Assembly: GCF_000150275.1 (NCBI RefSeq)
Contig: NW_002060952.1
Location: forward strand, 1,354,452-1,418,451
From: Trichoplax adhaerens
Taxonomy: Eukaryota > Animalia > Placozoa
Direction: 5' to 3'
Length of the DNA stretch: 64,000 nt
Translations under genes and position numbers: made by a program
Notes under the pieces: model-generated
What the model saw: the letters and a program-made list of their open reading frames with translations, nothing else
Told to the model about the DNA's origin: nothing
The model's database searches: none
Part shown: one piece after another, positions 13,001 through 24,799 of the stretch
How the letters are laid out: the number at the start of each line of letters is the position of its first letter
Position numbering within the stretch: the first letter of the stretch is position 1

Positions 13001-16000
13001 AGTTATAAAACTGTATTGATTTGTCGTATGTTATAATTCCCACACGAATGTCGGAGTCATCGGCACCATCAACACTAAATGTTATACACAGTTAAATATT
13101 AATAATTATCGGTACAATAGAATAGCAGTAATAGGAATATTAACGTAACCAACATAGCTCACAAGTGACACTTACCGAGGTAGATTATCCAAAAGGGGTA
13201 ACAATGACCTACATAATAGGTTAACCATACCAGATTGGATACTATTGTATGAAACATCGATTACAAACACATATGCAGGGGTTTCTGGAAATTTGTTATT
13301 CTAAAAGACATTTACAAGCATTAATATTAGTCTCCAGTTTTATTGCTATAGAACGTATAAAATATGGCACGGATAAATCACTTACGCGACAGTAATCTTG
13401 ATTAACAATGAATTCATAGGAAGGAAAATTCAATTCGGGTCTCATATCTTTATCAGCCCGAATACCACGATGATCAACGTTGCAAAAATATTCTTGAGGA
13501 ACTAGTAATATTATGAAAGTACTTCAGTTACCAAGAAGTTAAAGTCGTTAGTAATAGAGATTTTTAAGCAGAAACGGAGTAGCAAGTTACCGTCAGTGTG
13601 ACCATTGCAAAGATTACATAAAAATCTTTGCCCATTATTGATAAAATACATGAACGGATTCATGTATGCTCGGCACCGATTACATCTAACAGGTCCATGA
13701 GGTAAAGTATTGACGATTGGTAGCTGATGCTATTGAAATTAGTTGTTGGGTACATTATAATTAGCAGCAGTGACTACAGTCTAAAGAGACGCTCGAATGT
13801 GATAAATAGTTAGTTACCTGATCTTGAGGAGGAATTTTGTTCAGAGGTTGGATACATACAGATAGTGGAAGCTTAGTGTCTTTCATTACTCCAGAAGAAA
13901 TTGGAATGTTGTACATACTACTACGTAGAAATCGTGGACTACAATTCACTGAAATTTAAACAAAACACAGATTTTTGTTAACAGATTCGAAACAGAGGCT
14001 AGTTTATTGCAATTTCGTGTATGAGAGCAGATTTATTACTTCGCAGTGATGTACTACAAGATAGAAATCCTCTGACTTTCGAAACTACAATATATGATGC
14101 AAGGATAATAGTAGCTACGTTTTACATTAACGAACCGGCTATATTTTCATTTATTATTACATGAAAAGCTACTATAGAAAAGTCTATCAGCGACATCAAA
14201 TGATAAAATCTATCAATATAGGCGTGTATATTGCTTACCTGCTTCCTTAACTGAATAATTCATCATAACCGGAGGTGGCGAAACACCATTAACATGCGTT
14301 TGAAATTCTGTACGAGCGTTCTTCAGTTCGTCAATCTTTGAAAATTACGACAGAGTTATAATATTTCTGGGTAACTTATTAGTATAGAATTTAAAAATAG
14401 ATACACACCGGATTTGGCATAGCATCAGGATTAATTGCACTCTTTTGAGGGCCTCGCTGCTGAGGATACTGTTGTGAAGTTGGCGACGGCATGCCACGCT
14501 GGCCAAATCCTCCAGCTGGTGTTCCAGACGTCGGAGGCATTAATGGACGATTTGGTGTTTGTGACTGCATTGGTGGTGGAAAAGTAGCTAAGCCACCTTT
14601 GGATTGTTGTTGAGGTTGCGTCAGCGGTCCTTGAGGTGAAAATTGTTGCCTTTGCGATGAAGCTAATCCATGGGGTGGGGGTGGCAATTGCTGACCTTGT
14701 GGTAACGGCGGAGTTTGCTGTGATGAAGGCTGAAATTGTTGTCCTCTACCGGGAGGTAGCGTCTGCTGTCCTTGGGATGAAGGTGGAAGTTGCTGTCCTT
14801 GTGATAAGGGAGGATACTGTTGTCCCCGACCAGGAGGTAGCATCTGCTGTCCTTGAGCTGAGGGAGGATATTTTTGTCCTTTGCTTGGAGGTAGTAATGG
14901 CTGTCCTTGAGATGAAGGCGGGTATTGTTGTCCTTGTGAGGAAGATGGATACTGTTGTCCTCTGCCTGGAGGCAGTAGCTGCTCTCCTTGCGATGAAGGA
15001 GGAAATTGTTGACCTGTAGTAGGTGGCATTTGAAGTCCTTGAGATACTGGCGGAAATTGCTGCCCCGTGCTGGAAGGTGGCATTTGAAATCCTTGAGACG
15101 ATGGTGGAAATTGCTGTCCCGTGCTGGAAGGTGGCATTTGAAATCCTTGAGACGATGGTGGAAATTGCTGCCCCGTGCTGGAAGGTGGCATTTGAAGTCC
15201 TTGGGATGATGCTGGAAATTGCTGTCCCGTGCTGGAAGGTGGCATTGGAAGTCCTTGGGATGACGCTGGAAATTGCTGCCCAATGCTGGAAGGTGGCATT
15301 TGTTGACCAGGCATGGCAAACTGTCGATTGTGTGGTGGTGGCTGCTGTGCATGAGTAGCTGTCTGCTGATCTGAAACAGCAAATAGTTGCGGCGAACGAG
15401 AATCATTGGTGGATTGAGATGGCGGTAAATTATTCGGCTGCTCATTCTGGGGCTGGGTAGGAAACGGTTGTCCTTGGTTATTGAATTGAACCGGAGATAC
15501 ACTGCCAGGTGTGTTACTCTATAATGTAAATTGTAAATGATAAAAATTTATATAAATGAATGGGCAATAAATTTCAATTTCGTTGTATCATCTAAAACAA
15601 ATCTTAATATCGCCTACTGTTACAGATTATACCTGTCTTGGTGCCAGATCTTGGGATTTAGGGTACACTCTTTTCGTGCCAACAACTCCTGCACGGGTTC
15701 CCTCCTAGTATTATAGACAAATGATAATGTCTTAAAATAGGTAAATTGTACCATTTATAACGGCAATTGATCTCACTACCTGATCTTTGATGGAAATCTG
15801 ATCGATATCATGAGATAAAGAGCCAACAGATGAACTGTCATCATGATCAGTCGAACGAGGTGTTACAGAGGTACTATCCTGAATCCTTGCATCCTCATTG
15901 CTGGCTGATATCCGTTGAAAATCTTCAGCCCCACTTTGTGAAGGAGCCTGCAGACTGTTATCTAAGTTATTAAAGTAGTCGGCACCAGAAAGTTCTTGAT

Positions 16001-16493
16001 TTTTTTGCGGAGGTGCACTAGTAGCTTTTCCGGCATTAGCCTGTGGAGGCTTAAGAGGTTGCGAAGTAAAAGCATCGCTAGGACCCTGAGAAGAGAGCGG
16101 CATTCTTGGAGGTCCAGTAGGCTGATTGTGACCTGGCACGGTATGATCGAATGGAAAAGGCTGCTGCCCACTAGGGTTATGCTGATAACCACTGGAATTA
16201 CTTTTCGGATGGTTACCAGATGTAGGTGGCATCATATTTGCAGGAAAGCGTGGAAAATTACCTGGTGGATGTCCTTGCCTAACTGGTGGTGCTTGACTTA
16301 GTGGGTTAACTCCAATAGGTTGATTTGGACGAACTTGAGCACTTCCATGCGGAGGCATAGGAGGTCTAGCATAGCCCATCTGATTATCTGGTACGGCGTT
16401 TCCACCTCCAGAAGGCGGTCTTGCGAATGATCCTGTCGGCGGTGGCGCGAAGGTTAACGGTTGGCCGGCTCTAAGAGGCTGTTGTGGATTCAT
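10093..16493 (-). CDS. SEC24C: COPII coat cargo adaptor SEC24C/D-like (multi-exon)
   Basis: Pro/Gln-rich N-terminus (ORFs 15732-16493 and 14391-15314, ending INPDAMPNP). Then [15 protein letters not shown]; zinc finger [30 protein letters not shown]; trunk [11 protein letters not shown] and [14 protein letters not shown]; [23 protein letters not shown]; [19 protein letters not shown]; [16 protein letters not shown]; gelsolin LFLWIGS; C-terminus [29 protein letters not shown]. Stop at 10093-10095. Probably co-orthologous to vertebrate SEC24C and SEC24D. Confidence 0.93.
14690..15305 (-). repeat. Coding minisatellite in SEC24: 54-bp unit ([18 protein letters not shown]) x~5, decaying into 27-bp half-units
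   Basis: GTGCTGGAAGGTGGCATTTGAA recurs every 54 bp between ~15020 and 15300. Related PPSSQGQQ units continue to ~14690. Confidence 0.9.
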
Positions 16494-17599
16494 ACTTTCT
16501 CGATTTCAATTTAATTTTTATAAACTGGGTACCTGTAAGTGGATCAACATATTAAAATAAATAGTTTTTAACTGTCATCGTTGAAAAGAAGACGGTAAAT
16601 ATCGCTAATTCCATCAGTGTGCTAATACAGTAGTGGTTATTAATTACATTTATTACAGAATCAAACCTATCTTATAGATTGTGCAGCATAATGTGTAGAG
16701 TGATACAGACTCATACAGTGCATATCAGAATAATTCATGTGTTTAAATCGTTCACGTTCACTGTTATTCCATATTTTAGCTTTGGAATATTCCGATATCT
16801 ACAGTGTGTATCAATTAGCTAGTTTTTATGTTGTAAACCAATTGGTATAAACTAATCAAATAGATGATCGCTTCAATTAACGCCTTTCCCATAAATTAAA
16901 TATAGTGCTGTACTATTATGTGTATCAATTCCAAAACGTATAATTACTTGATATAAACTACCGTACGTTTACATCGCATACATCTTTTGACAAAAATCTT
17001 TCGTCAATTGTGTATCTTGTATGCTTAAGTCGTCCGGTTAATCCGCTATGCTCTAAAATTTCAATAGTGATAACATCACATTGTTAGCTAGGGCTAAACA
17101 TCAATTTATTCATACGCTGGTACTTTGGCTTGGCAGGGACTAGGGAGAGATCATGCTACATCAGAAGTAACTGTCGATATGATAATGTAATCTATTACAT
17201 CATTTCATTTTTCAGAGATATACTGACTAGTACATCGCATTATTTCAATACGGTATACTGTACTCTAAAGTTAGAAAAGTATCAAAAGTTCAAAGCTATA
17301 CTAGACGACCGATCAACAATCTTGATTGGAACTTTGATTTTTTTGCAATGGTTGCTAGATCTTATGTTAAGATCGACTGTGAACGATAGGAGACCATGAA
17401 AGCCGTTGCCAATATAATTTTACAGCATGAGCACATCAATCTAGACTATTTCAAGTGAGTATAAAATATGACTGAAAAGTTCAGAAATGTCAAGGCATAC
17501 AAGCGGTCCATAACTTGAGAGAACTGACTGTCAAAATTGATGGGACTACTGTACCCTTTATCACAGTGGAAGGAAATCGTTGTAGCGTAGGGTAAAGTA

Positions 17600-17885
17600 C
17601 AATTTAAAGTACAACAGAAGAACACATGTACTGTACTATATAGTAGAAATGAATGGTTATAATAATAATACTGAATTTTTATCGCCATTTATTAAGGTTG
17701 AGTAGAGTACGTACTGGACGGGACTGACATACTTAACTATACTGTACAGTGTACAAGTACTACAATACAGTACGTAGTATGACTTCAAGGTTCGGATTAT
17801 AAACTGTTCTGACTGTCCCGTACAGTGTACAGTACATTGGCACTACAGTACATACAGTACGGCGTACAGTAGAGTACTGCGCAGA
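17600..17885. repeat. TACAGT/ACTGTA-rich simple-sequence field upstream of SEC24
   Basis: Clustered ACTGTACAGT, GTACAGTAC and CTACAGTAC words. Confidence 0.7.
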
Positions 17886-19214
17886 AACTTGAGAATGCAA
17901 TGTGTTGGAGACAGTGCGTCTACATGGTAAAGTAGGTAGAAGTTTTTTTGACTCTCCAGTATCCGGTCTTGACGCTGCTAAGAGACATTCTACTACACTC
18001 CAATCGTTTATGTTCAATGATTTGGAAGTCAAGTACTACGCGCTACGTGGACAATGTTGCAAAGAAATTTTGTCATGTCGTTGTGCCTTTTTACTATAAG
18101 TATTTGCCCGCAACAGCGTTTATCGAATTAGCGATGCGGCATCATCAATTCTTACTAATGTTACAACATTTTCAATAACAATTTCAAGTTTTCAATGTAG
18201 TTAGGGTTGCCAGCCACTACTTTTCTGGTATCATTTATTATTATAGCATGTATTGCATGCCTTTACCACCAGGGCGCTACAATAAGTCGATTTCAACTTG
18301 TGCATGCAGTACCGTAAAGTGTACAGTAAAATGGCATTTGTGGTGAGCATATTCAAAGATTTTAGCTTCAAGTAAGTATACAGTAGTGCTGACTTAAAGT
18401 GTCATCAATAAATGAAGGAGAAAAGGATGTCACTACAAATAAACTATTGCTATAAGCAATATCGTAACGAAGTAATGTGCTAGCCACTGGGTCTCTTAGT
18501 GTCAACGAAATGTTTTTTATACGGGTTTAATGGTTGCAGGCCAATTTTATGCTACAGCATTTGTGGATATTATTACAGCACTGTCCACCACATATACCTT
18601 AACTAAAAGGAAATTATAGAAGATCAAGTAATCACTGAGGGGTTGGTAAACGTTAAGACTATGATCAAAGTATTGGAATACCACTATCACAATATTCATG
18701 TCTATCTAGATCATGTACAGTATAACATTTTATACAGCAGCAGTAATTCATATCATTGAGAGCGTCAAAGACAAGTAAAAGCGTGGCAATTTTTCTACAG
18801 ATCCCCAACGTTGTTTGCCAACATGATGAGTATATCAATACTAAAGAGTAAAGCTATCAGAAATGCTCCCTTTTCTCCATTCAATTTACACTAACAAAGA
18901 TGAAACTGCTGCCTCCATTAATGAATTGATTGGATTGAATTAAGTGACATCTACAGTCATTTTAAAATCAATCAGTCGCTATTTTGAAGTCTTACCAATT
19001 TACGAACGCTAACAACACCAACGAACCACCTAATTAGTTCCAATAGGTTTAAGGAATTGCAAACAGATAACTATATCTAGTCGTTTTTGTAAATGTCGAA
19101 ATATATACCATGTACTCGGCTACAACCAGACTAACACTATGCCCACAAGTAGCCCTACAACAAGGGAAAGGCTTTCAAATCGGGAAAAATGGAGACAGTC
19201 CAGTTTTGACTTGC

Positions 19215-19960
19215 ACACTACAGTACAAGTTGGAACTGCAAAGGCTTGTTGTCCATTGCAGTCCACAGTACAGTACGTACAGTACAGTACATACTGTACA
19301 GTACAGTGCAGTATTGACGGGACTTTTTCTTGTGTTGTTACCTGTTAGCTCGTACCGTACTGTAAACTGTGTACTGTACAGTGTAGAGTACACAGTACTG
19401 TACTGTTTTCGAGCATCCGATCAGTTTCAATCTTTTTACATTACAGTACTGTACTGCATTGACTTAACCTGAACCAACTTTTACGGTACTGTACAGTACA
19501 GTACTGTAAGACGTGTAAGTGTACATGTACAGTACTGTACTGTAGATTTCAAACTTTAACAGTACAGTACAGTACAGTACTGTACAGTAAGTCCCTAGTA
19601 CTGTAAAGTATGTACTGTACACTGTACAGTACACTTTTGTACTGTTCGTTCTCTAGTGTACACTGGACCCAGTACACTTTTGTACAGTACTGTATAGCTT
19701 CTTTATTAGTGTACAACATCGTATGGCACTGTATGAGCGGAGCAATAACAGTACTGACTGCGCTGTACTGTTGTGTTCTATTAGCTGCACTGTACTGTGT
19801 ACACGTGGACATTTTCTGTTTTCCATTTGGTGTAACAGCAATGATGACAGTACGGTACTATACTGTACAGTGTACAGTGTATAGTACTGTACTGTACACT
19901 GTACGTACTGTAGTCTCTGGCAGTAGCACGGTACAGTACTCTATATGCTGTCTTCAGTAG
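19215..19960. repeat. Dense TACAGT/ACTGTA palindromic simple-sequence field
   Basis: For example AGTACAGTACAGTACAGTACTGTACAGTA (19561-19589) and TACTGTACAGTGTACAGTGTATAGTACTGTACTGTACACTGTAC (19861-19904). Confidence 0.9.
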
Positions 19961-20566
19961 CTTACTAGAAAGTAGAATTCGATGAAACACCATTTTCCAA
20001 CTGCAAATGTGATTTGAAAATTAAATAAAAAACAAAAACAAAACAATACTGACACTGAAGGCGTTTGTAAATAAGAGTGTAGAGTACCGTGCAGCACACA
20101 CATGTCGAAGTCCGAATGCACTTGATCTTGGAGATTTTTCGATCATTGGCTAATTAGTTGAATCCAGTTGATTGCGAATATTGACATGCTGTACTGGTTG
20201 GTTTGTTAATAATAATCATAATTATGATGAACTCATACATAGTCCACCATTGCAAAACGCACTATAATATAACGTTTGGAAATGGAAGTTTTTATACCGT
20301 AACAGAAGACAGAAGTAGAATCAAGCGATCTGAAATTGGATCGTGGAACATGACGCCTGAACTTGACTCAACGTACAGTCGTACACTATATGGTACCGTA
20401 CTGGACGTGCCAGCTTGGACTGACATCGAATCCTGTAGCAAGTAGCTATACTGTACTTACTGTACTGTATCTGGAAAGTCTCAGTCAACAACAACTCAGA
20501 CTGCTTCTAGAGGGTCTCTACTGTTGTAGACAGCAGAGTACAGTTACAGTATGTGTATATCGTACT

Positions 20567-21041
20567 GTACAGCACAGTAGATTCTACTGAAGTCCATGGT
20601 ACAGATTTTCAAAACAAATCAATCAATACCTAATGAGCTGTAAAGTAAATGATCATTTGGAGGGTATAATGCAGCCCAGTATGACGACAGGAAGTCCTCG
20701 ATGAATGATTGTGAGCCTACAGTATGACTGCATTGACAACGACCATTAACTGTACACTGTACACTGTACAAGTGTACAGTACAGTACAGTCTGTACTACA
20801 CAGTACACTGTACTGTACTGTACAGTATACAGTACTGTACAGGATACAGTACAGCACAGTAGATTCTACTGAAGTCCATGGTACAGATTTTCAAAATAAA
20901 TCTATCAATACCTAATGAGCTGTAAAGTAAATGATCATTTGGAGGGTATACATAGTGCAGTCCAGTATGACGACAGGAAGTTCTCGATGAATGATTATGA
21001 GCCTACAGTATGACTGCATTGACAACGATCATTAACTGTAC
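20567..21041. repeat. Tandem duplication of a ~190-bp unit, copies separated by an expanded TACAGT tract
   Basis: GTACAGCACAGTAGATTCTACTGAAGTCCATGGTACAGATTTTCAAAA...GCCTACAGTATGACTGCATTGACAACGA occurs at ~20567-20755 and ~20849-21041. Confidence 0.92.
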
Positions 21042-21472
21042 TCTACAGTACTGTACACAGTAGAAAGCAGTACTGACTAAGACCTGACGTACAGTACTGT
21101 ACTGTACTGTACAATTAACATGCGATGATTTCATTGGATTGGATTTTTTTTATTTTTAGTGCATGTGGTCATGCAACAAATAGTTGATAACTGTACGTTA
21201 CGCTATTACGGTACAGTTGGAGTGAATACAGTAATAAATGCACTAATCAACACGTTATCACTGGAAGTAGGAGTACTAGTACGGCGCCAGTAGAGAAGTA
21301 ACCGCACTATTGGCGAGGTGGGGGAGGCAGCAAAAGTAAAAGTGGCCTTTCGTTATCCAATTATTGTGTGTGGCGTTGAGTTTAAAGTGAACTTTGCAGC
21401 AATCCAAGATTCAATTACTCTTTTCAATCGTCGCTTTTCCAATATGTTAACACATGTATAGCAGCGATACCA

Positions 21473-23461
21473 ATGGGTCGACGATGGCGGCGTAAATTCT
21501 TTCGGGTATGGATTGTGTTCATTTTTGGTATCATTAGCTATCTATTAATATCCTCTTGGAAAGAGGATGAAGTTGCATCTGTACATGGCTTGCACAAAAT
21601 TAGGATTTTAAGGCGATTGAATTCTATAGCAACCAATCCCCATTCCACCAGAAAATCCAGTCGTCAAAGTAGTCCTCTCATATGGTATGCATGGACTGAA
21701 CCGCCAGTGTGTGGTAATAGCATCGATGTTCTTCGATCACATTCGCAATTCCCCTTAGTGCCTACATTCTCCAATAAGATTAACAATCTAGCTGTTGTCA
21801 ATTCCCAAGATGATAATTTTGGCCAACGTATTGTTGGTCTCATAAAACCACCATTAGATGGCTATTACCAATTTGCTATCGAATCGATTGGTTCATCAGA
21901 ACTGTGGTTAGGCGAAGATGAAAAAAAAGCAACATTGATAGCCAACATTGCAAGCAATTCTTGTTGTAAAAACAAACATTGGTGGAGATCGCTCCCATGG
22001 ACAGCGCCAAACACCCAAAGCCGTCCTGTATCATCATCCATTTACTTGATGAAAAGTCGTAAATACTACATAGAAGTATTGCATGTCAGTGGATCTAAAA
22101 TTGGCACTTCTGTTAAAGTTGGATGGCGATTACCAAATCATGAAAAGAGCTCTTCATTTTATGTCATCACCCATCACTTTTTGTATCCATATCATGCCAA
22201 CGTCAGCAGTAGCAACAGCATTAGAACGAATCAGCCATTACAGAGTGATCACCACCACCAGTTCGTGGTGATGAAGCCTATCCACGATTTACGATCTGAT
22301 TTCTACAAGTACAATAATTTAGACTTTTCCTATGTTACTAAAGCAATATCAAATTGTTCGTATTCTCCTAGTTACCTGTTACACAGCAAGGTTGGCTACT
22401 ATGGCTCAGTATTTCACGTCCGTCAAATATCGGTCTATCCGGATGATCAGACAGCGTTATATAACGGGCGAGACTTTGTACGTGGCAATGATTTACTGGA
22501 TAAATCGATAGCAATGCTTATAGTGAAAAAGTTCATGAAAGCTATCAACAGTAAGTTGCCCGACCCCTTTATACTACACAATGTGGTAAGCGTTGAGCGT
22601 AATCACGACAGTAGAAACGGTGATCGGTACTTCCTCAATTTATTGCTTCGAAAATCAAATCATTCGCCTCTATATCGTGTATCGACTTATGTCTATCAAC
22701 CAATTGGCCAACATGTATTGTGTTTGCCTGGTGGACTGCGATGGAAGAATCATGTTCACGTAACGGTTATAATATCGGTGAAGAATCAAGGTTACTGGCT
22801 TAAGAAATTCATAGAGAACATGTCTAAGTTGTACGTCACTACGAAAGATCCAAATTTTAGTGTTGTTATTGTTGATTTCAATAGTACTGACATCGATATC
22901 GATGGTCTATTAAAGAGAAGCTCTTTGAAGCGATATAAGATCATCCGAAAGGTAGGACATTTTTCAAGAGCTTTGGGTTTGCAAATGGGAGCAGATTCTG
23001 TAACTAACAGACATTCGATCGTTCTCTTAATGGATTTACATTTATCAATTCCAAACAATTTCATTGACAATGTCCGACGTAGAACAGTCGAACGACGTAC
23101 AACTTTTGTGCCCTATTTTTTAAGATTAAACTGTAATTACAGTCCAAGCCGACCTAATGGATACTGGGAAGATCAATCTTATGGAATTGTAGGAATCTAT
23201 AAGTCGGATTTTGATCGTATTGGTGGCATGAACACCAAAATTTACAAGTATAAATGGGGAGGTGAGGATTGGGAACTACTAAGCAGGATTCTTAGTCATG
23301 GCCTTGAAGTAGAAAGATTTCGATATCCTCAGTTTTTCCATTATTTCCACAGACGTCGTGGAACCTTTTACAAAGGCACAGTACACGATCGTGGAACCGT
23401 CTTATACTATTTAAATATAATATGGCAAAAATTTATTTTCCGACGATATGGAAAAGAGTAG
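21473..23461 (+). CDS. Beta-1,4-N-acetylgalactosaminyltransferase 3/4-like (LacdiNAc synthase type), single coding exon, 662 aa
   Basis: Uninterrupted ORF. Type II membrane anchor (RRWRRKFFR followed by a hydrophobic stretch); PA14-like domain (NFGQRIVGLIKPPLDGYYQFAIES...SELWL; YYIEVLH...VGWRLP); GT7/CHGN-type catalytic region (VKNQG, FSRALGLQMG, MDLH, GYWE..SYGIVGIYKSDFDRIGGMNT, WGGEDWELL). Confidence 0.9.
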   Translation: MGRRWRRKFFRVWIVFIFGIISYLLISSWKEDEVASVHGLHKIRILRRLNSIATNPHSTRKSSRQSSPLIWYAWTEPPVCGNSIDVLRSHSQFPLVPTFSNKINNLAVVNSQDDNFGQRIVGLIKPPLDGYYQFAIESIGSSELWLGEDEKKATLIANIASNSCCKNKHWWRSLPWTAPNTQSRPVSSSIYLMKSRKYYIEVLHVSGSKIGTSVKVGWRLPNHEKSSSFYVITHHFLYPYHANVSSSNSIRTNQPLQSDHHHQFVVMKPIHDLRSDFYKYNNLDFSYVTKAISNCSYSPSYLLHSKVGYYGSVFHVRQISVYPDDQTALYNGRDFVRGNDLLDKSIAMLIVKKFMKAINSKLPDPFILHNVVSVERNHDSRNGDRYFLNLLLRKSNHSPLYRVSTYVYQPIGQHVLCLPGGLRWKNHVHVTVIISVKNQGYWLKKFIENMSKLYVTTKDPNFSVVIVDFNSTDIDIDGLLKRSSLKRYKIIRKVGHFSRALGLQMGADSVTNRHSIVLLMDLHLSIPNNFIDNVRRRTVERRTTFVPYFLRLNCNYSPSRPNGYWEDQSYGIVGIYKSDFDRIGGMNTKIYKYKWGGEDWELLSRILSHGLEVERFRYPQFFHYFHRRRGTFYKGTVHDRGTVLYYLNIIWQKFIFRRYGKE

Positions 23462-23743
23462 TATTAACATAGAAACATGAATAATATAATTTATTGAAAT
23501 CTAATCTATTCATAAGAGTACATATAATTTGTGTTTAGTGTAACTGATATTTTGAAAGCACTCAACTCGCAACTATCAGACATTGTGATTTTTATCCATG
23601 ACCATCTTGGCAATTTAAAGGCAATGGTATGTCCTGCGGATATGATTGCAACGCTATTAGTAATACAAATGTATATGCATTACCTGCGCAAATGATATAA
23701 TTAGAAGGTAATGCCCTACAATATTTTCAATATGCGAACTTTG

Positions 23744-23961
23744 TTATTTATAAAATGTACTTCCGTCTTGCCTTTATGGTAGATAAGAAAATACTACCTG
23801 CGTATTTAATGGCCTTGCACTGAGTTATTCTTGATACTCTACTATATTTTTAATATACGATCTTTCTTATTTATAAAATGTACTGCCGTCTTGCCTTTAT
23901 GGTAGATAAGAAAATGCTACCTGCATATTGAATGGCCTTGCACTGAGTTATTCTTGATACT
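23744..23961. repeat. Tandem duplication, two ~95-bp copies (period ~123 bp)
   Basis: TTATTTATAAAATGTACT(T/G)CCGTCTTGCCTTTATGGTAGATAAGAAAAT...GGCCTTGCACTGAGTTATTCTTGATACT occurs twice. Confidence 0.92.
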
Positions 23962-24370
23962 TTAAGATTGGTTAAGCTAACAGTTACGGAAGAAATTGCA
24001 GATGTTTTTGTAAAATATTTTGTAATAATTGCTACTTTATACGGGTTATTATCATCGGTTTTACGTAATATGGTATTCCGATGGTCACTTTAAAATATGC
24101 TGTAAGTTTTTGGACAACTATATATGTATATATATACACTATACTGTACAGTGTATTGAAGCATTGCTGGTGATGCGATTTTTTAATCTCGAAAACAGCC
24201 AATTGCTGTCTAATACTGACATCCTCAGTTAATTTGTAAACTATTTACTCGCAATAAAAGTTTGATTCTGTGCAATACCAGTGTGGTAAAGTTTTGATTG
24301 GTTATTAGCTTAGCATAAGCATTGGTAGTCTATCCCGTCATCAAATTCCCAGGGCTACTGTTTATTTTAT

Positions 24371-24413
24371 CAAGGACTACTAGAAAGAAACCTAGGCTTT
24401 CTAGTAGCCCTTG
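24371..24413. mobile_element. 43-bp hairpin element (candidate minimal MITE, P-superfamily-like termini)
   Basis: CAAGGACTACTAGAAAG-9 nt-CTTTCTAGTAGCCCTTG (17-bp inverted repeat, 1 mismatch), flanked by ATTTTAT / ATTTTAC. Confidence 0.6.
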
Positions 24414-24799
24414 ATTTTACCCAGAGAATTGACATTCTGTCTCTGGCTAGTTGACAGTGCTTTTAGCCCTAACTACGGAGCCCCGGGAAATTTAATCTAA
24501 ATCCGTAAAGCATTCTTCAGTGAACCATTTTAACTATATGTTATCAGGAACTAGCAAACCGTACATGGTCACGTAACCACTTTATATAATCGGAAAATAA
24601 TTGGTTTTGTTATACTTATAACAACAGTAGTTAGTTTTAAAAAGTAAGCTGGCGGTAGTACTCGTACTGTAATCCACACTTTATATATTCAAAGGCTTCC
24701 TCTACAATAGAACTTTATAATTTCAAGAGAAGTGCAGGTACAATTATTATAACTTTATATTTTTTTAATCCTGAAGTGAAGTCTCTTACTCATTGATAG

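Noticed and set aside
14636-15502. Long alternative-frame and antisense ORFs over the SEC24 repeat exon
   Set aside because: Shadows of the 54-bp coding repeat; the Pro/Gln frame is the one that splices into SEC24.
19110-19993. Cluster of overlapping ORFs rich in Y/S/T/V/C/L/Q (also at 36158-37215, 38927-40576 and 61081-61936)
   Set aside because: These are by-products of stop-poor ACAGT/ACTGT and tandem repeats, with no protein-like features.
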